Of a DNA stretch of 43,581 bases, positions 34,701 to 42,366 are shown one piece after another. Below the pieces are notes generated by a model that was not told the DNA's origin, ran no database searches, and saw only the letters and a program-made list of their open reading frames with translations. Source of the DNA: a virus (lineage: Duplodnaviria > Caudoviricetes); IMG/VR virus record IMGVR_UViG_3300018476_000006, positions 1 through 43,581 of that record; one strand, given 5' to 3'. The position numbers and the translations under genes were made by a program. The first letter of the stretch is position 1; the number at the start of each line of letters is the position of its first letter.

Positions 34701-37097
34701 GGGGTGATCCCGGCGGCGGGCAGGGTCGGCCGGCGGCTGGTCGCAGGCCTCAAGGCGGGCGGCATGGACGCGCTGGTGGGGCCGGCGCTCGCGCTGGGCG
34801 CCGAGGGGCTGGTGGACGACCCGCTGGTGGCCGCCATCCTGCCCGACCGGGCCGACCGCGAGCAGCTGGCGCAGTGGGTGCGGCTGGGCGGCGCCGCCTC
34901 GCTGCCGGCGGTGCTGATGGCGAAGGGCGGCAAGGCCAAGGCCGGCGCGCCCGTGCCCCACCCGGAGACCGGCATCCTGCACGCCGACGGCCAGCCGGTG
35001 GTCTTCCATCACGGCAGCACGTCGCGCGACATCGCCGTGACCGACCTCGACCCCGGGCGCGAGGGCGTGCGGCCCCGGTCGGGTGCCGCCGGCCTGTCGT
35101 TCACGACCGACCCGCGCGCCGCCAGCGGCTACACGCGCCCGCCAAAGGCCGGCATCAAGACGCCGGCCGGCCGAGTGCTGGCCGCGCAGCTGGTGATGCG
35201 GAACCCGCTGGACATCACCGACGCCATCAAGCGCGGCCAGAAGAAGGGTCTGAGCTTCGGGGACGCCAAGCGCGAGGCGCTCAAGGCGCTGACGCCCGAG
35301 CACGACGGCGTGATCTTCCGGGGCGACCGTGTCAACCCCGACGAGTATCAAGTGTTTTCGCGGGAGCAGGTGCGCGCGCCCGAGGCCGCCGAGGCCAACG
35401 ACACCGGCCGCGAGCGGCGCGAACGCTTGGCGGCCAAGCCCAAGACGCCGCCGGTCACCGGCGAGCCGCCCGAGGTGCCCATCGAGACCGGGCTGGTGGC
35501 GCCGTCGGGGCAGTCGCTGTCGGATGCGGTCGAGGCGCCGATCCTCCTCGGCCCGACGGGCAAGGTGGTCTCGGGCAAGAAGCCGACCGCCGGCCCGGTG
35601 CGCCTTGGCGTGAAGGCGACCACGCGCGCGTCGACCATCCACGCGGCGATCCTCGGCGGCGGCTACAGCGTCGACCTCAAGACCGGCGTGGTCCCCGACA
35701 CCGGCACCTTCAGCGGCCTCTACCCGAACTACGACACCAAGAACGTGCTGGTGGTGCCCAAGGCGCAGTTCACGCAGCAGCACATCAAGAACTATGTCGC
35801 CCAGATGCAGGGCGAACTGCGGAAGCCCGAGCGGTATCTGGGCGGCTGGGTCGACACCGCCGGCGACACCGAGGCCGGCAAGGCGCTGCGCGCGGCCGGC
35901 GACGACGCGGGCGCTGAGAAGCTGCGGCAGGCGTCGGGCGACCCGTCGGCGCAGTATCCGCTGGGCACCGAACTGGTCTACCTCGACGTGCCCAAACGCT
36001 TCGCCGACGACACGCTCGTCAAGGGGAAGCCGGCGCCGAACCTCGGCCTGCAGATCCGGCAGGCGACCAAGACGGGCGAAGGCCCGCTGGCGCTGGACCC
36101 GAACCAAGCCACGCGCGAGGCCGGCGCGCAGAAGGCCGTCTACACCGCCGACGCCGGCATCCCCGCGCACCTGCGCGCGGGCGGCGGGTTCACCAACGTC
36201 AAGAACTGGCGGTCGTTCATCGAGGGACCGGTCTACGAGCGCCGCTACCATGAGCAGGCGCAGCGCGGCGACGAGTGGCTCAAGACGCAGGGCGGGCAGG
36301 CGTGGTGGAAGCTGCACGGTAGCATCATCGAGCACGTCTACGGTCCCGATCTGATGAAGCAGGCCGCCGGGTTCCTCGCCGCGACCTCGCCGCGCACCAG
36401 CGTGCATGAGAACATCCGGCAGGCGTCGGTCTATCTGCAGCGCGTCATCCGAGGCGAGCCGCTGATCCAGCCCGACTGGCGCATGACCGGCGGCCAGCAC
36501 TACGGCAAGAACGGGCCGATCCAGATGCCCATGGAGACCGTGCGCGTCGGGGCGCTGGAGCGCGCGGCGCGCGGCGAGAAGGTGGCGCAGTTCAAGATCG
36601 GCGACATGCAGGGCGCGCTGATGGGCGAACCCGATCCGGTCACCGCCGACACGCACCACGGCAAGCTGGGCGAAGACCCGACCGAGGGGATCTATCTCAG
36701 CACGGTGCCGGGGAAGATCACCGACGAGCAGTACCCGATTATGAAAGCCGTGATGCAGGCGCACGGCCGCGCCAAGGGGCAGACGCCGGCCGACTACAGC
36801 GCGAAGGTGTGGTCGGGCATCATCGAAACCATCAAGGCCGAGGGCGGTCTCTACGGCACGCCCTATCAGCTGACGGCCTCGGACGCCACGCCGCTGTTCA
36901 CGCAGTTCGAACAGATCCTCGGCAAGGTCGCCACGCACCACGGCTACCCGCTGGACGAGTTCATCGCGCGCGTGCGCGCCGGCGATGCGAACCTCATGGC
37001 CGCGCTGCTGTCGACCGGCGTGGGCGCCAGCCTCTACGCGAAGTGGCTGCAGGCCGACGAGGCGGGCGAGGGCGAGGGCGCGCCGCCGGCGTCGTAG
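31800..37097 (+). CDS. large polyvalent ejection protein with ART-PolyVal-like ADP-ribosyltransferase and DUF7178-like domains
   Basis: DGQPVVFHHGS, GLSFTTD...ASGY, MRNPLD, HDGVIF, DEYQVFSREQV (~34980-35375); LAATSPRTSVHEN, VTADTH, PADYSAKVW (~36300-36812). Confidence 0.75.
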   Translation: MSDKSSGLLSFDEIAGVVATPAEVRAGTTSGGRSASMGGYGALADIGYGAARWLGQGAYNVGKTVYDTPLGGLFDNIMGGLSGKGAEAQAKEGAALFGMPSAEEEAAAAPSAQDEYLKRILAEAEERKRQAALARTPGSRRAATGALTPEADDPAARFTLDTKALVDAENETLQPVPEATLPSEAKPPAEYGTLEGALQFQNPREAATGTALDVASSLAPNPVSRAEIIMALSRTAPRAARFLLAHPRLGNAAINAVREGAMGAGLGAFQEADPYTGAGYGTALGALLPPSLGPQPGRITAARESLADAATRSAQQRAGQAFSPSTNPNKRFVERNWERMTREAPTWTNLERVQQQAQRAADTAGAQLREHFANIRQPNQTAGLRRTTAALTRAGNLLLSHGVELAPQTRENLQSVVGALRGLNPRSTNLHTLRNAHGMVIDALHEAGRENRRISQLMMHNTVRQVFDNAAQAGVVPASRRAMVTGGLGIEDVANAVTPSRVNTRPILRQLQRAQQRHFQHRSDAGRWITDDQLGFDNLQTLIDQIAQNGNEINLDTLRSIRQSWDNIVAGGAGTGFLADNIADESKRGAHRIARGVLSDRMAATTPEVVPLNRAYSYHQNVADVVAATPRRRTGQTKGPLAGIAATAGVGFGTHRGDDETSAGDALGSLTAGALAWYATRLIKSPNWNLLSAKIRLKVADALRRGNTSVLRHTLARAEGYLHRRAAGRAGPDFAEQDNDLSDDESDAQLQRILGGYALEPGVTAPARDASEIPDPIEDGDEDDDNEAGVQPGIDTLDIGVPGVDPLVPGSRLTPDAHEAIEGEEAANRAEPGREARKAELQRAGFSGRELREMLRGGASLVDKVSQPLLEGPDLPGWPRTEKFLGALSQFTSPMDIASVGTSVARPLLGTATRVGRVVEGVGRGIGAATALQGAEGMVEGVEQGDPLRFAGGAVGTALGGAGMRSGGVIPAAGRVGRRLVAGLKAGGMDALVGPALALGAEGLVDDPLVAAILPDRADREQLAQWVRLGGAASLPAVLMAKGGKAKAGAPVPHPETGILHADGQPVVFHHGSTSRDIAVTDLDPGREGVRPRSGAAGLSFTTDPRAASGYTRPPKAGIKTPAGRVLAAQLVMRNPLDITDAIKRGQKKGLSFGDAKREALKALTPEHDGVIFRGDRVNPDEYQVFSREQVRAPEAAEANDTGRERRERLAAKPKTPPVTGEPPEVPIETGLVAPSGQSLSDAVEAPILLGPTGKVVSGKKPTAGPVRLGVKATTRASTIHAAILGGGYSVDLKTGVVPDTGTFSGLYPNYDTKNVLVVPKAQFTQQHIKNYVAQMQGELRKPERYLGGWVDTAGDTEAGKALRAAGDDAGAEKLRQASGDPSAQYPLGTELVYLDVPKRFADDTLVKGKPAPNLGLQIRQATKTGEGPLALDPNQATREAGAQKAVYTADAGIPAHLRAGGGFTNVKNWRSFIEGPVYERRYHEQAQRGDEWLKTQGGQAWWKLHGSIIEHVYGPDLMKQAAGFLAATSPRTSVHENIRQASVYLQRVIRGEPLIQPDWRMTGGQHYGKNGPIQMPMETVRVGALERAARGEKVAQFKIGDMQGALMGEPDPVTADTHHGKLGEDPTEGIYLSTVPGKITDEQYPIMKAVMQAHGRAKGQTPADYSAKVWSGIIETIKAEGGLYGTPYQLTASDATPLFTQFEQILGKVATHHGYPLDEFIARVRAGDANLMAALLSTGVGASLYAKWLQADEAGEGEGAPPAS

Positions 37098-37130
37098 GTG
37101 GTTGGGTTATCATCCCACCCCGGAGGGTGC

Positions 37131-37538
37131 ATGTTGCGATGGACGCGGGCGGTGTTGCTGGTGGTGCCGCTGTTGGCGCTGGGTTGCGAATCCACCGAGC
37201 GCCCGCCCGACCCGGTGCCGGTGCCGACCCCGGTGCCGCCGATCATTCAACCGACGCGCATCGAGTATCGGGTCACCGGCACACTGGCGCGCGCGACCAT
37301 CACTTACGTCAGCAGCACGCAGGGCACGACGCAGGTCGCCACCGAGTTGCCGTGGTTCCTCTCCTACCAGACGCTGCAGCCGTCGACCTTTGTGTATCTG
37401 AGCGCCGACGCCGCGCTGGACAATTTCATCGAGGGGTCCGTCATCGTGCAGGTGTTTGTCGACGGGGTGCTCTTCCGCGAGGCCCGCGCGCGCGGGTTCA
37501 CGCCGTCGGTGGCGGTGAGTGGGGAGGTCGTCCGGTGA
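37131..37538 (+). CDS. lipoprotein with MmpS-like Ig-fold domain
   Basis: GGAGG RBS; lipobox LALGC; Pro linker; IEYRVTG...ATITY......ELPW. Confidence 0.75.
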   Translation: MLRWTRAVLLVVPLLALGCESTERPPDPVPVPTPVPPIIQPTRIEYRVTGTLARATITYVSSTQGTTQVATELPWFLSYQTLQPSTFVYLSADAALDNFIEGSVIVQVFVDGVLFREARARGFTPSVAVSGEVVR

Positions 37539-37999
37539 CGCGCATCCTGTGGGCAGTCGTGATGGTGGCGCTGGCGGTGCCGGCGGCGGCGCAGACGCCG
37601 CTGCGGGACGCGGGCGCGCGGGCGGTGGCGGCCGAGGCGGCGCAGTATGCGTCGATCCGCACCGAGCCGCCGCTGGTCAACAAACAGCTGTTCTGGACCG
37701 GCATCGTGCTGGGCGCCGCTGCCGTCGCGGTGGCGATCCTTGCGGTCACCTCCGAGCAGCGGTCGGATCTGAGTGGCGAGTATCGCAGCGTGCGCCTCGG
37801 CGTCGACCTCGCGCCGTGCGGCACCGACCCGCAGACGACCGTGCGGCCGGTGGCCGAGTGCGAGGCCAACGAGCCGATGCTCTGGGTGGCCGGCGGGATG
37901 GCCGCCGCCTCGACCGCGCTGATCGTCTACGGCGGCGGGCGGGACTACACTGGCTACCCGTCAGCCGGTCCCCGCGTGCGCTGGCGCGTGCGCTTCTGA
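37535..37999 (+). CDS. exported membrane protein (signal peptide + 2 hydrophobic helices)
   Basis: GTGA coupling; AVPAAA-Q cleavage site; ends RWRVRF. Confidence 0.7.
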   Translation: MTRILWAVVMVALAVPAAAQTPLRDAGARAVAAEAAQYASIRTEPPLVNKQLFWTGIVLGAAAVAVAILAVTSEQRSDLSGEYRSVRLGVDLAPCGTDPQTTVRPVAECEANEPMLWVAGGMAAASTALIVYGGGRDYTGYPSAGPRVRWRVRF

Positions 38000-38008
38000 G
38001 GAGGCTCC

Positions 38009-38146
38009 ATGTTGACCGTCACGCTGATCCTGCTGCTGTGCGCGCTCGTCATCACCATCGGCGATGCCATGGGCAAGGCGCCCCTCTGGCCGGCGGTGCT
38101 CATTCTGATCGTGGTCGGGTTGCTGCAGTCGGTGCCCGTCCGCTAG
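38009..38146 (+). CDS. 45-aa two-TM protein (holin-like candidate)
   Basis: GAGGAGG RBS; two hydrophobic helices. Confidence 0.6.
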   Translation: MLTVTLILLLCALVITIGDAMGKAPLWPAVLILIVVGLLQSVPVR

Positions 38147-38189
38147 ACTCGCGCGACCCCCTAACCCTGTCCGTTTGAAGGAGACCTCC

Positions 38190-38633
38190 ATGAACGCTCG
38201 ACTGGCCTACATCGTGTTCGTTGACGGCGGTGGCCCCGGCATCGACAACAGCCTGCCGCAGCCGCCCAACGTCCCCGGCTACCCGCTGCCGACGCCGCCC
38301 GGCTTTGGCGGGGGTCCGGTCGACCCCGGCTACGGCCGCCCCGGCTGGTCGCCGGTCGACCCCGGCTACGGGCAGGGGCATCCGCGCCCGCCGCACGCCG
38401 GCTGGCCGTCGCCGCCGAACTACCCGACCACCGGCCCGGTGTTCCCGCCGGTCACCATCGACAACACGCTGCCCGAGGGCACGCCGCCGCCGAGCATCAG
38501 CCTGCCCATCGTGCTGCCGCCCGAGATCAACCCGGAGCCGCCCGACCCGGATCGCCGGTTCGAATTGAAGTACTCGGCGCGCTATGGCTGGGTGCTGGTG
38601 CCGGTGTCCGACGACGAGGCCGAACCCAAGTAG
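38190..38633 (+). CDS. Pro/Gly-rich protein with PVDPGYG and IDNxLP repeats
   Basis: AAGGAG RBS; internal repeats. Confidence 0.75.
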   Translation: MNARLAYIVFVDGGGPGIDNSLPQPPNVPGYPLPTPPGFGGGPVDPGYGRPGWSPVDPGYGQGHPRPPHAGWPSPPNYPTTGPVFPPVTIDNTLPEGTPPPSISLPIVLPPEINPEPPDPDRRFELKYSARYGWVLVPVSDDEAEPK

Positions 38634-38637
38634 GCCG

Positions 38638-38676
38638 CCGGCCGCCGGTGCTTTTGGTCGGGGCACCGGCGGCCGG
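38638..38676. terminator. 14-bp stem hairpin between convergent gene arms
   Basis: CCGGCCGCCGGTGC (38638-38651) / GCACCGGCGGCCGG (38663-38676). Confidence 0.75.
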
Positions 38677-38677
38677 G

Positions 38678-39154
38678 TTATTTGGAAGGCGTCTGTGCGG
38701 CCTTGGCGGCCCGCTGGGCGCGATGTTGCAACCCGGCCTGCACGGCCGCTCGGATTGACGCGGCGTCCCGTCCTGCGGCCTCTGAGAGGCAGTCCATCAG
38801 TTCCCCCTTCGACAGCCGGGCCAGTTCGACCACGACCGCCGGCGGCGTCAGCAGCGCCGGGCTGCGGGGCCGGCCCTCCGACTTGCTGCCGTTGACCCGC
38901 GCCGCCGCCCGCTTGGCCGGCGTCGACTTGCTGCCGATCACCCGCCACGGGTTGCCGTCTTCATACTCGACCGTGTAGCCGTGCGCGCGCAGCGTGACCG
39001 CCATGGCCTCGCGGGTGCCGGCCACCGTGTCGATCCGGGTGCTGCCCCGGGTGTTGTAGCGCACCTCCCGCACCGTCGGCGGGAGGCGCACCGCCTCAAT
39101 CGGTTGCACGCGGCAGTCGTAGCCGGCCGCCTGCGTGGTGATGTCAATCAGCAT
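38678..39154 (-). CDS. hypothetical protein with basic GSKSTPAKRAAARVNG..GRPR putative DNA-binding motif
   Basis: GGAGG RBS preceded by AACCCAACG. Confidence 0.75.
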   Translation of the reverse strand: MLIDITTQAAGYDCRVQPIEAVRLPPTVREVRYNTRGSTRIDTVAGTREAMAVTLRAHGYTVEYEDGNPWRVIGSKSTPAKRAAARVNGSKSEGRPRSPALLTPPAVVVELARLSKGELMDCLSEAAGRDAASIRAAVQAGLQHRAQRAAKAAQTPSK

Positions 39155-39180
39155 CGTGTCCCTCCGTTGGGTTCATTGTC

Positions 39181-39531
39181 TCATGCCGCCGGCGCAAACC
39201 GAGCGCCCGGCGGCGCCCCGAATCCCGGCAGGCAGGTCTGTAGCATTTTGCCGTGGCGCTCGCGCGCCCGGCCGCAGTGCCGGCACAGGGTCTCGTCGGT
39301 GACCTCGGCGACCACCGGCTGGCCGGTCTCGGCATCCGCCAGCGGCGCCGTGGTCGGCGGGCGCTTGCGCCGGCGGATGGGGTCGGGCGCCTGCTGCAGC
39401 GCGCGGCCGACGAGCAGCGTCACCCACATCTGCACCTCTTTGCGGGTCGCCGGCCCGCCGCGCTTGTAGGCGCCGGCGCGGATGCGCCGCAGCTGATCGT
39501 CGTTGAGCACCAGCCTCAGGTTGGTCGTCAC
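39181..39531 (-). CDS. hypothetical protein with C-terminal Cys/His zinc motif
   Basis: GAGGAGGAG RBS; CRHCG..H..C. Confidence 0.65.
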   Translation of the reverse strand: MTTNLRLVLNDDQLRRIRAGAYKRGGPATRKEVQMWVTLLVGRALQQAPDPIRRRKRPPTTAPLADAETGQPVVAEVTDETLCRHCGRARERHGKMLQTCLPGFGAPPGARFAPAA

Positions 39532-39890
39532 CGGCTCCTCCTCGCGTGTTGGGCGCGCCGCTGCTCCCAGCGGTCGCGCAGTAAGCGGGCACGGGTCTCG
39601 GCGACCGTGCCGGCGTCCATGAAGGCCAGCCACGCCTCGGCGTAGGGCGAGGCCTCGCCAAAGAACGGCGCCGCGTCGTAGACGTTGAGCGCCACCAGCT
39701 TGCCGAGGTCGGAGTAGGCGCCGATGGCGACCACGCCACCGCCGGGCGCCTCGATGTCGACCACGGCCACCTTGACCTGCAGCCCCTCGCGGGTGCGCCA
39801 GCTGGTGCTGTCGCAGCCGCTGCCGTCGCCCAGCAGGGCGCCCAGTGCCACGCGCAGGCGGGCGGCCTCGCCTTGGAGTGTCTCGTCCAT
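39528..39890 (-). CDS. hypothetical early protein
   Basis: GGAG RBS; coupled to next gene. Confidence 0.65.
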   Translation of the reverse strand: MDETLQGEAARLRVALGALLGDGSGCDSTSWRTREGLQVKVAVVDIEAPGGGVVAIGAYSDLGKLVALNVYDAAPFFGEASPYAEAWLAFMDAGTVAETRARLLRDRWEQRRAQHARRSR

Positions 39891-39892
39891 GG

Positions 39893-40165
39893 TCAGTCTC
39901 CCGTCTGCAGGTAGTGGTTCAGTTCGGCGGTGGTCGGCGCGGTGCAGACGCTGCACGGGATGCCGGCGCCCTCGGACAGCCGGCGCACCGCGACGGTGTA
40001 GGCGCTGCGGCCGTGGCCAAAGCGCGTCGTGGCCGAGTGCTCATGCGGCAAGGGCACGCGCAGCGCCTGCTGCGCGATGCGCTCGGCGGCGTGCGTGTCG
40101 CAGAGCCACACGGTGTGCGAGCACCACGCACGCGCCGCGTCGGTGATGGTGTAGGTGGCGTCCAC
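39893..40165 (-). CDS. small Cys-containing hypothetical protein
   Basis: ORF track; CDTH/CSVC. Confidence 0.65.
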   Translation of the reverse strand: MDATYTITDAARAWCSHTVWLCDTHAAERIAQQALRVPLPHEHSATTRFGHGRSAYTVAVRRLSEGAGIPCSVCTAPTTAELNHYLQTGD

Positions 40166-40166
40166 G

Positions 40167-40424
40167 TTAGCGCCCCGCCGCCGTGATGGCCACCGCCTGC
40201 GCGTTGAACGCCGCGCGCTCCTCGGTGGCGCGCTCGGCCTCGCGGAAGGCCGCGATGTGCGACCGCGCGCTCGCGGGGCCGGTGAACCAGAGCGCCTTGC
40301 CGCTGTCGGTGACGAACGCGAGTGCGCCGCCGAACACGCTGGTCAGATACTCGGGGCCGGCCGCCGTCTGGCGCACGACGAGGTGGTGGCCGCCTTGTTT
40401 CACGATTCGCAGGTCGATGCTCAT
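40167..40424 (-). CDS. hypothetical early protein
   Basis: First gene after promoter 40473-40502; CCGAGGA RBS. Confidence 0.7.
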   Translation of the reverse strand: MSIDLRIVKQGGHHLVVRQTAAGPEYLTSVFGGALAFVTDSGKALWFTGPASARSHIAAFREAERATEERAAFNAQAVAITAAGR

Positions 40425-40472
40425 TGTCGGTTTCCTCGGAACGGGGCCGGCCCAACGCCGACCCACCAGACG

Positions 40473-40502
40473 ATTATGGGCCGGCGTTGGGTTTCCTGTC
40501 AA
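40473..40502 (-). promoter_or_regulatory. sigma70-type early promoter TTGACA-18-CATAAT with AACCCAACG
   Basis: Near-consensus; conserved architecture. Confidence 0.9.
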
Positions 40503-40524
40503 CCCCCCTGTGTTTGCTGGGGAT

Positions 40525-41001
40525 TTACGTCAGTGTGTCCCGCAGCAGGCGGGCGTAGGTGCGGCTGAACGCCTCGCCGTGCATGTCCCGGCGCTTGGGC
40601 AGTGCCTGCTGCACCGGCGGCCACCCGCCGGCGACTCGGGCGCGGACCCGCATCTCGCGGCGCACCTGCCGGCGCTCGCGCGCCTTGGTCAGCTGCACCG
40701 CGTGGGCGCACTCATGCAGCACCGTGCCCAGCGACAGCTGCTTCGCCTTGATCGTGTCGGTGTCGAGCACGATGTAGTCGGCGCCGCCCCGGCCGACCGA
40801 CGACGGCAGCCGGCGGAACCGCAGCGGGAAGCGCGGCCCCAGCACCGCCGCGACGTAGATGCGGCAGGTGCGCTGGTCGACCATGACCTCGTTGGCGCGG
40901 ATGTCGAGGTCGGTGACGCCCAGCCGCTGGCACCACGCCCGCACCGTCGGGTAGTAGTCGCCCTTGGCGGGCACGCTCGCACGCTTGCTGGCGCGGGCCA
41001 T
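40525..41001 (-). CDS. HEXXH zinc metallopeptidase-like (SprT/zincin) protein
   Basis: TVLHECAH and HGEAF. Confidence 0.75.
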   Translation of the reverse strand: MARASKRASVPAKGDYYPTVRAWCQRLGVTDLDIRANEVMVDQRTCRIYVAAVLGPRFPLRFRRLPSSVGRGGADYIVLDTDTIKAKQLSLGTVLHECAHAVQLTKARERRQVRREMRVRARVAGGWPPVQQALPKRRDMHGEAFSRTYARLLRDTLT

Positions 41002-41135
41002 CAGCGCACCTCCTCGATAGTGAAGAGCACCACGACGCCGACGACGGTGGCGACGAGCCACACGTCGGTGTCGACCACGCCAAGCGCCACGCCAAGCGCC
41101 CCACCAACCCACGCGCCGAGAAGCCCGGCGGCCAT
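41001..41135 (-). CDS. 44-aa two-TM membrane peptide
   Basis: Coupled on both sides; hydrophobic. Confidence 0.55.
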   Translation of the reverse strand: MAAGLLGAWVGGALGVALGVVDTDVWLVATVVGVVVLFTIEEVR

Positions 41136-41332
41136 CAGAGCACCTCCCGGTCGGGCACGCTGACGACGCTGACGACGTGGTCGTAGGTCGGCGCGAGGTC
41201 GGAAAACTGCATCTTCACGCGCACCGCGCGCACGCCGTTGTCGAGGACCGCCTCGACGTTGTGCAGGACGCGCGCCTTGCGCGGGACGTAGCCCGGCGCG
41301 GGCTGCGGGGCGAAGTTGATCGTGATGGTCAT
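41135..41332 (-). CDS. hypothetical protein
   Basis: TGATG coupling. Confidence 0.6.
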   Translation of the reverse strand: MTITINFAPQPAPGYVPRKARVLHNVEAVLDNGVRAVRVKMQFSDLAPTYDHVVSVVSVPDREVL

Positions 41333-41679
41333 CAGCGGCCCCCTCGCAGCGCGTTGACGGCCTCGTCGCAGTGCCGGCGGATGATGCCGGCCACCACTGC
41401 GCGCTGCGTGTCGGCCTCGGCCTGCGCCTTGTCGAGGATGCGCTTGGCGTTCGCGCGCGCGCCGTCGGTGATGCGCTCGCGCTCCTCGCGCGCCGACTCG
41501 ATGATGCCGCGCGCGGTGTGCCGCGCGGCGCCCGGCAGCTGCAGGTCGATGGCGCAGTCGCTGGTGATGTCGCGCTCGATGTCGAGCCGGTTGTCGGCCA
41601 GCCACGGGCCGAGATAGGAGTGCGGCCCTAGCTGGGCGATGAAGCGGTCAAGCGCGGCGAGTTCCTGTGCTTTGGTCAT
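41332..41679 (-). CDS. hypothetical coiled-coil protein
   Basis: CCGAGGA RBS; LGPHSYLGPWL then charged helix. Confidence 0.75.
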   Translation of the reverse strand: MTKAQELAALDRFIAQLGPHSYLGPWLADNRLDIERDITSDCAIDLQLPGAARHTARGIIESAREERERITDGARANAKRILDKAQAEADTQRAVVAGIIRRHCDEAVNALRGGR

Positions 41680-41704
41680 GGTCGGTTCCTCGGACAGTGA
41701 CGGG

Positions 41705-41926
41705 TTAACGGCGGCTCCAGCCCTTGCGGGCCGGGGCGCCGGCGGCGAGTTCCAGACAGCGCGGGCAGGTGCCGTCCAGACGGTTCCACGCCTTGCGGCA
41801 GCCGTCGGCGTGCTGCGTGCCGAGAGGCGCCTTGGGGTGACGGTCGCAGACGCCCGAGGCGGCGGCGGTGGGCCGCGCGCAGACGGTGCAGGGGCGGGCG
41901 ACGAGGTAGCGAGTCGTTGTGGTCAT
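41705..41926 (-). CDS. small Cys/His zinc-binding protein, likely leaderless
   Basis: ATG 6 nt after CATAAT; CTVC, CDRH, CPRC. Confidence 0.7.
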   Translation of the reverse strand: MTTTTRYLVARPCTVCARPTAAASGVCDRHPKAPLGTQHADGCRKAWNRLDGTCPRCLELAAGAPARKGWSRR

Positions 41927-41932
41927 GTGATG

Positions 41933-41961
41933 ATTATGCACGACGTTGGGTTTCCTGTCAA
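41933..41961 (-). promoter_or_regulatory. sigma70-type early promoter TTGACA-17-CATAAT with AACCCAACG
   Basis: Near-consensus; conserved architecture. Confidence 0.9.
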
Positions 41962-41972
41962 CTGCGCCGGAT

Positions 41973-42122
41973 TTACTGGGCTTTCTCGCGCGCAGCGACG
42001 GCGTCGGAGTAGTCGCCGAGGGTCTCCCACAGGAACCGGACCACGCAGCCGGCGACCACCAGCAGCGCGAGGACGAGGAGGCCGGCGACGGCACCGCAGC
42101 CGGCCTCCAGCAGCCAGATCAC
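41973..42122 (-). CDS. small membrane protein
   Basis: GTGA coupling; one long hydrophobic helix. Confidence 0.5.
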   Translation of the reverse strand: MIWLLEAGCGAVAGLLVLALLVVAGCVVRFLWETLGDYSDAVAAREKAQ

Positions 42123-42319
42123 GACTGCACCTGCGGCCCGTGGCCGAAGTAGACCGCCGCCAGCGGGCAGGCGGCCCAGTCGGGCGCGAAGCCGCCGCCG
42201 GCGAGCCAGCCGCGCAGGTCGCCGCGCAGGTCGTGCAGCCACGCGCGGTCGTCGGACGTGAGGCGGCGGTCGTGCCGCAGGAGGCGCTCTTGCGCCTGCA
42301 GGTTCGCGTTGGGGTCCAT
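42119..42319 (-). CDS. small conserved phage protein (MDPN...WL.GGGF.P)
   Basis: CCGAGGAG RBS; motif recurrent in high-GC phages. Confidence 0.7.
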   Translation of the reverse strand: MDPNANLQAQERLLRHDRRLTSDDRAWLHDLRGDLRGWLAGGGFAPDWAACPLAAVYFGHGPQVQS

Positions 42320-42366
42320 CGTCGTCACTCCTCGGAAGGGGCGGCCCGCAGGCCGCCCCGGGGTTG

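Noticed and set aside
31725-36941. 1738-aa minus-strand ORF and other long antisense ORFs (11025-13565, 13408-16383, 16600-18726, 22556-25087)
   Set aside because: Shadow frames of GC3-rich plus-strand genes; no RBS or recognisable motifs, while the sense frames carry clear family motifs
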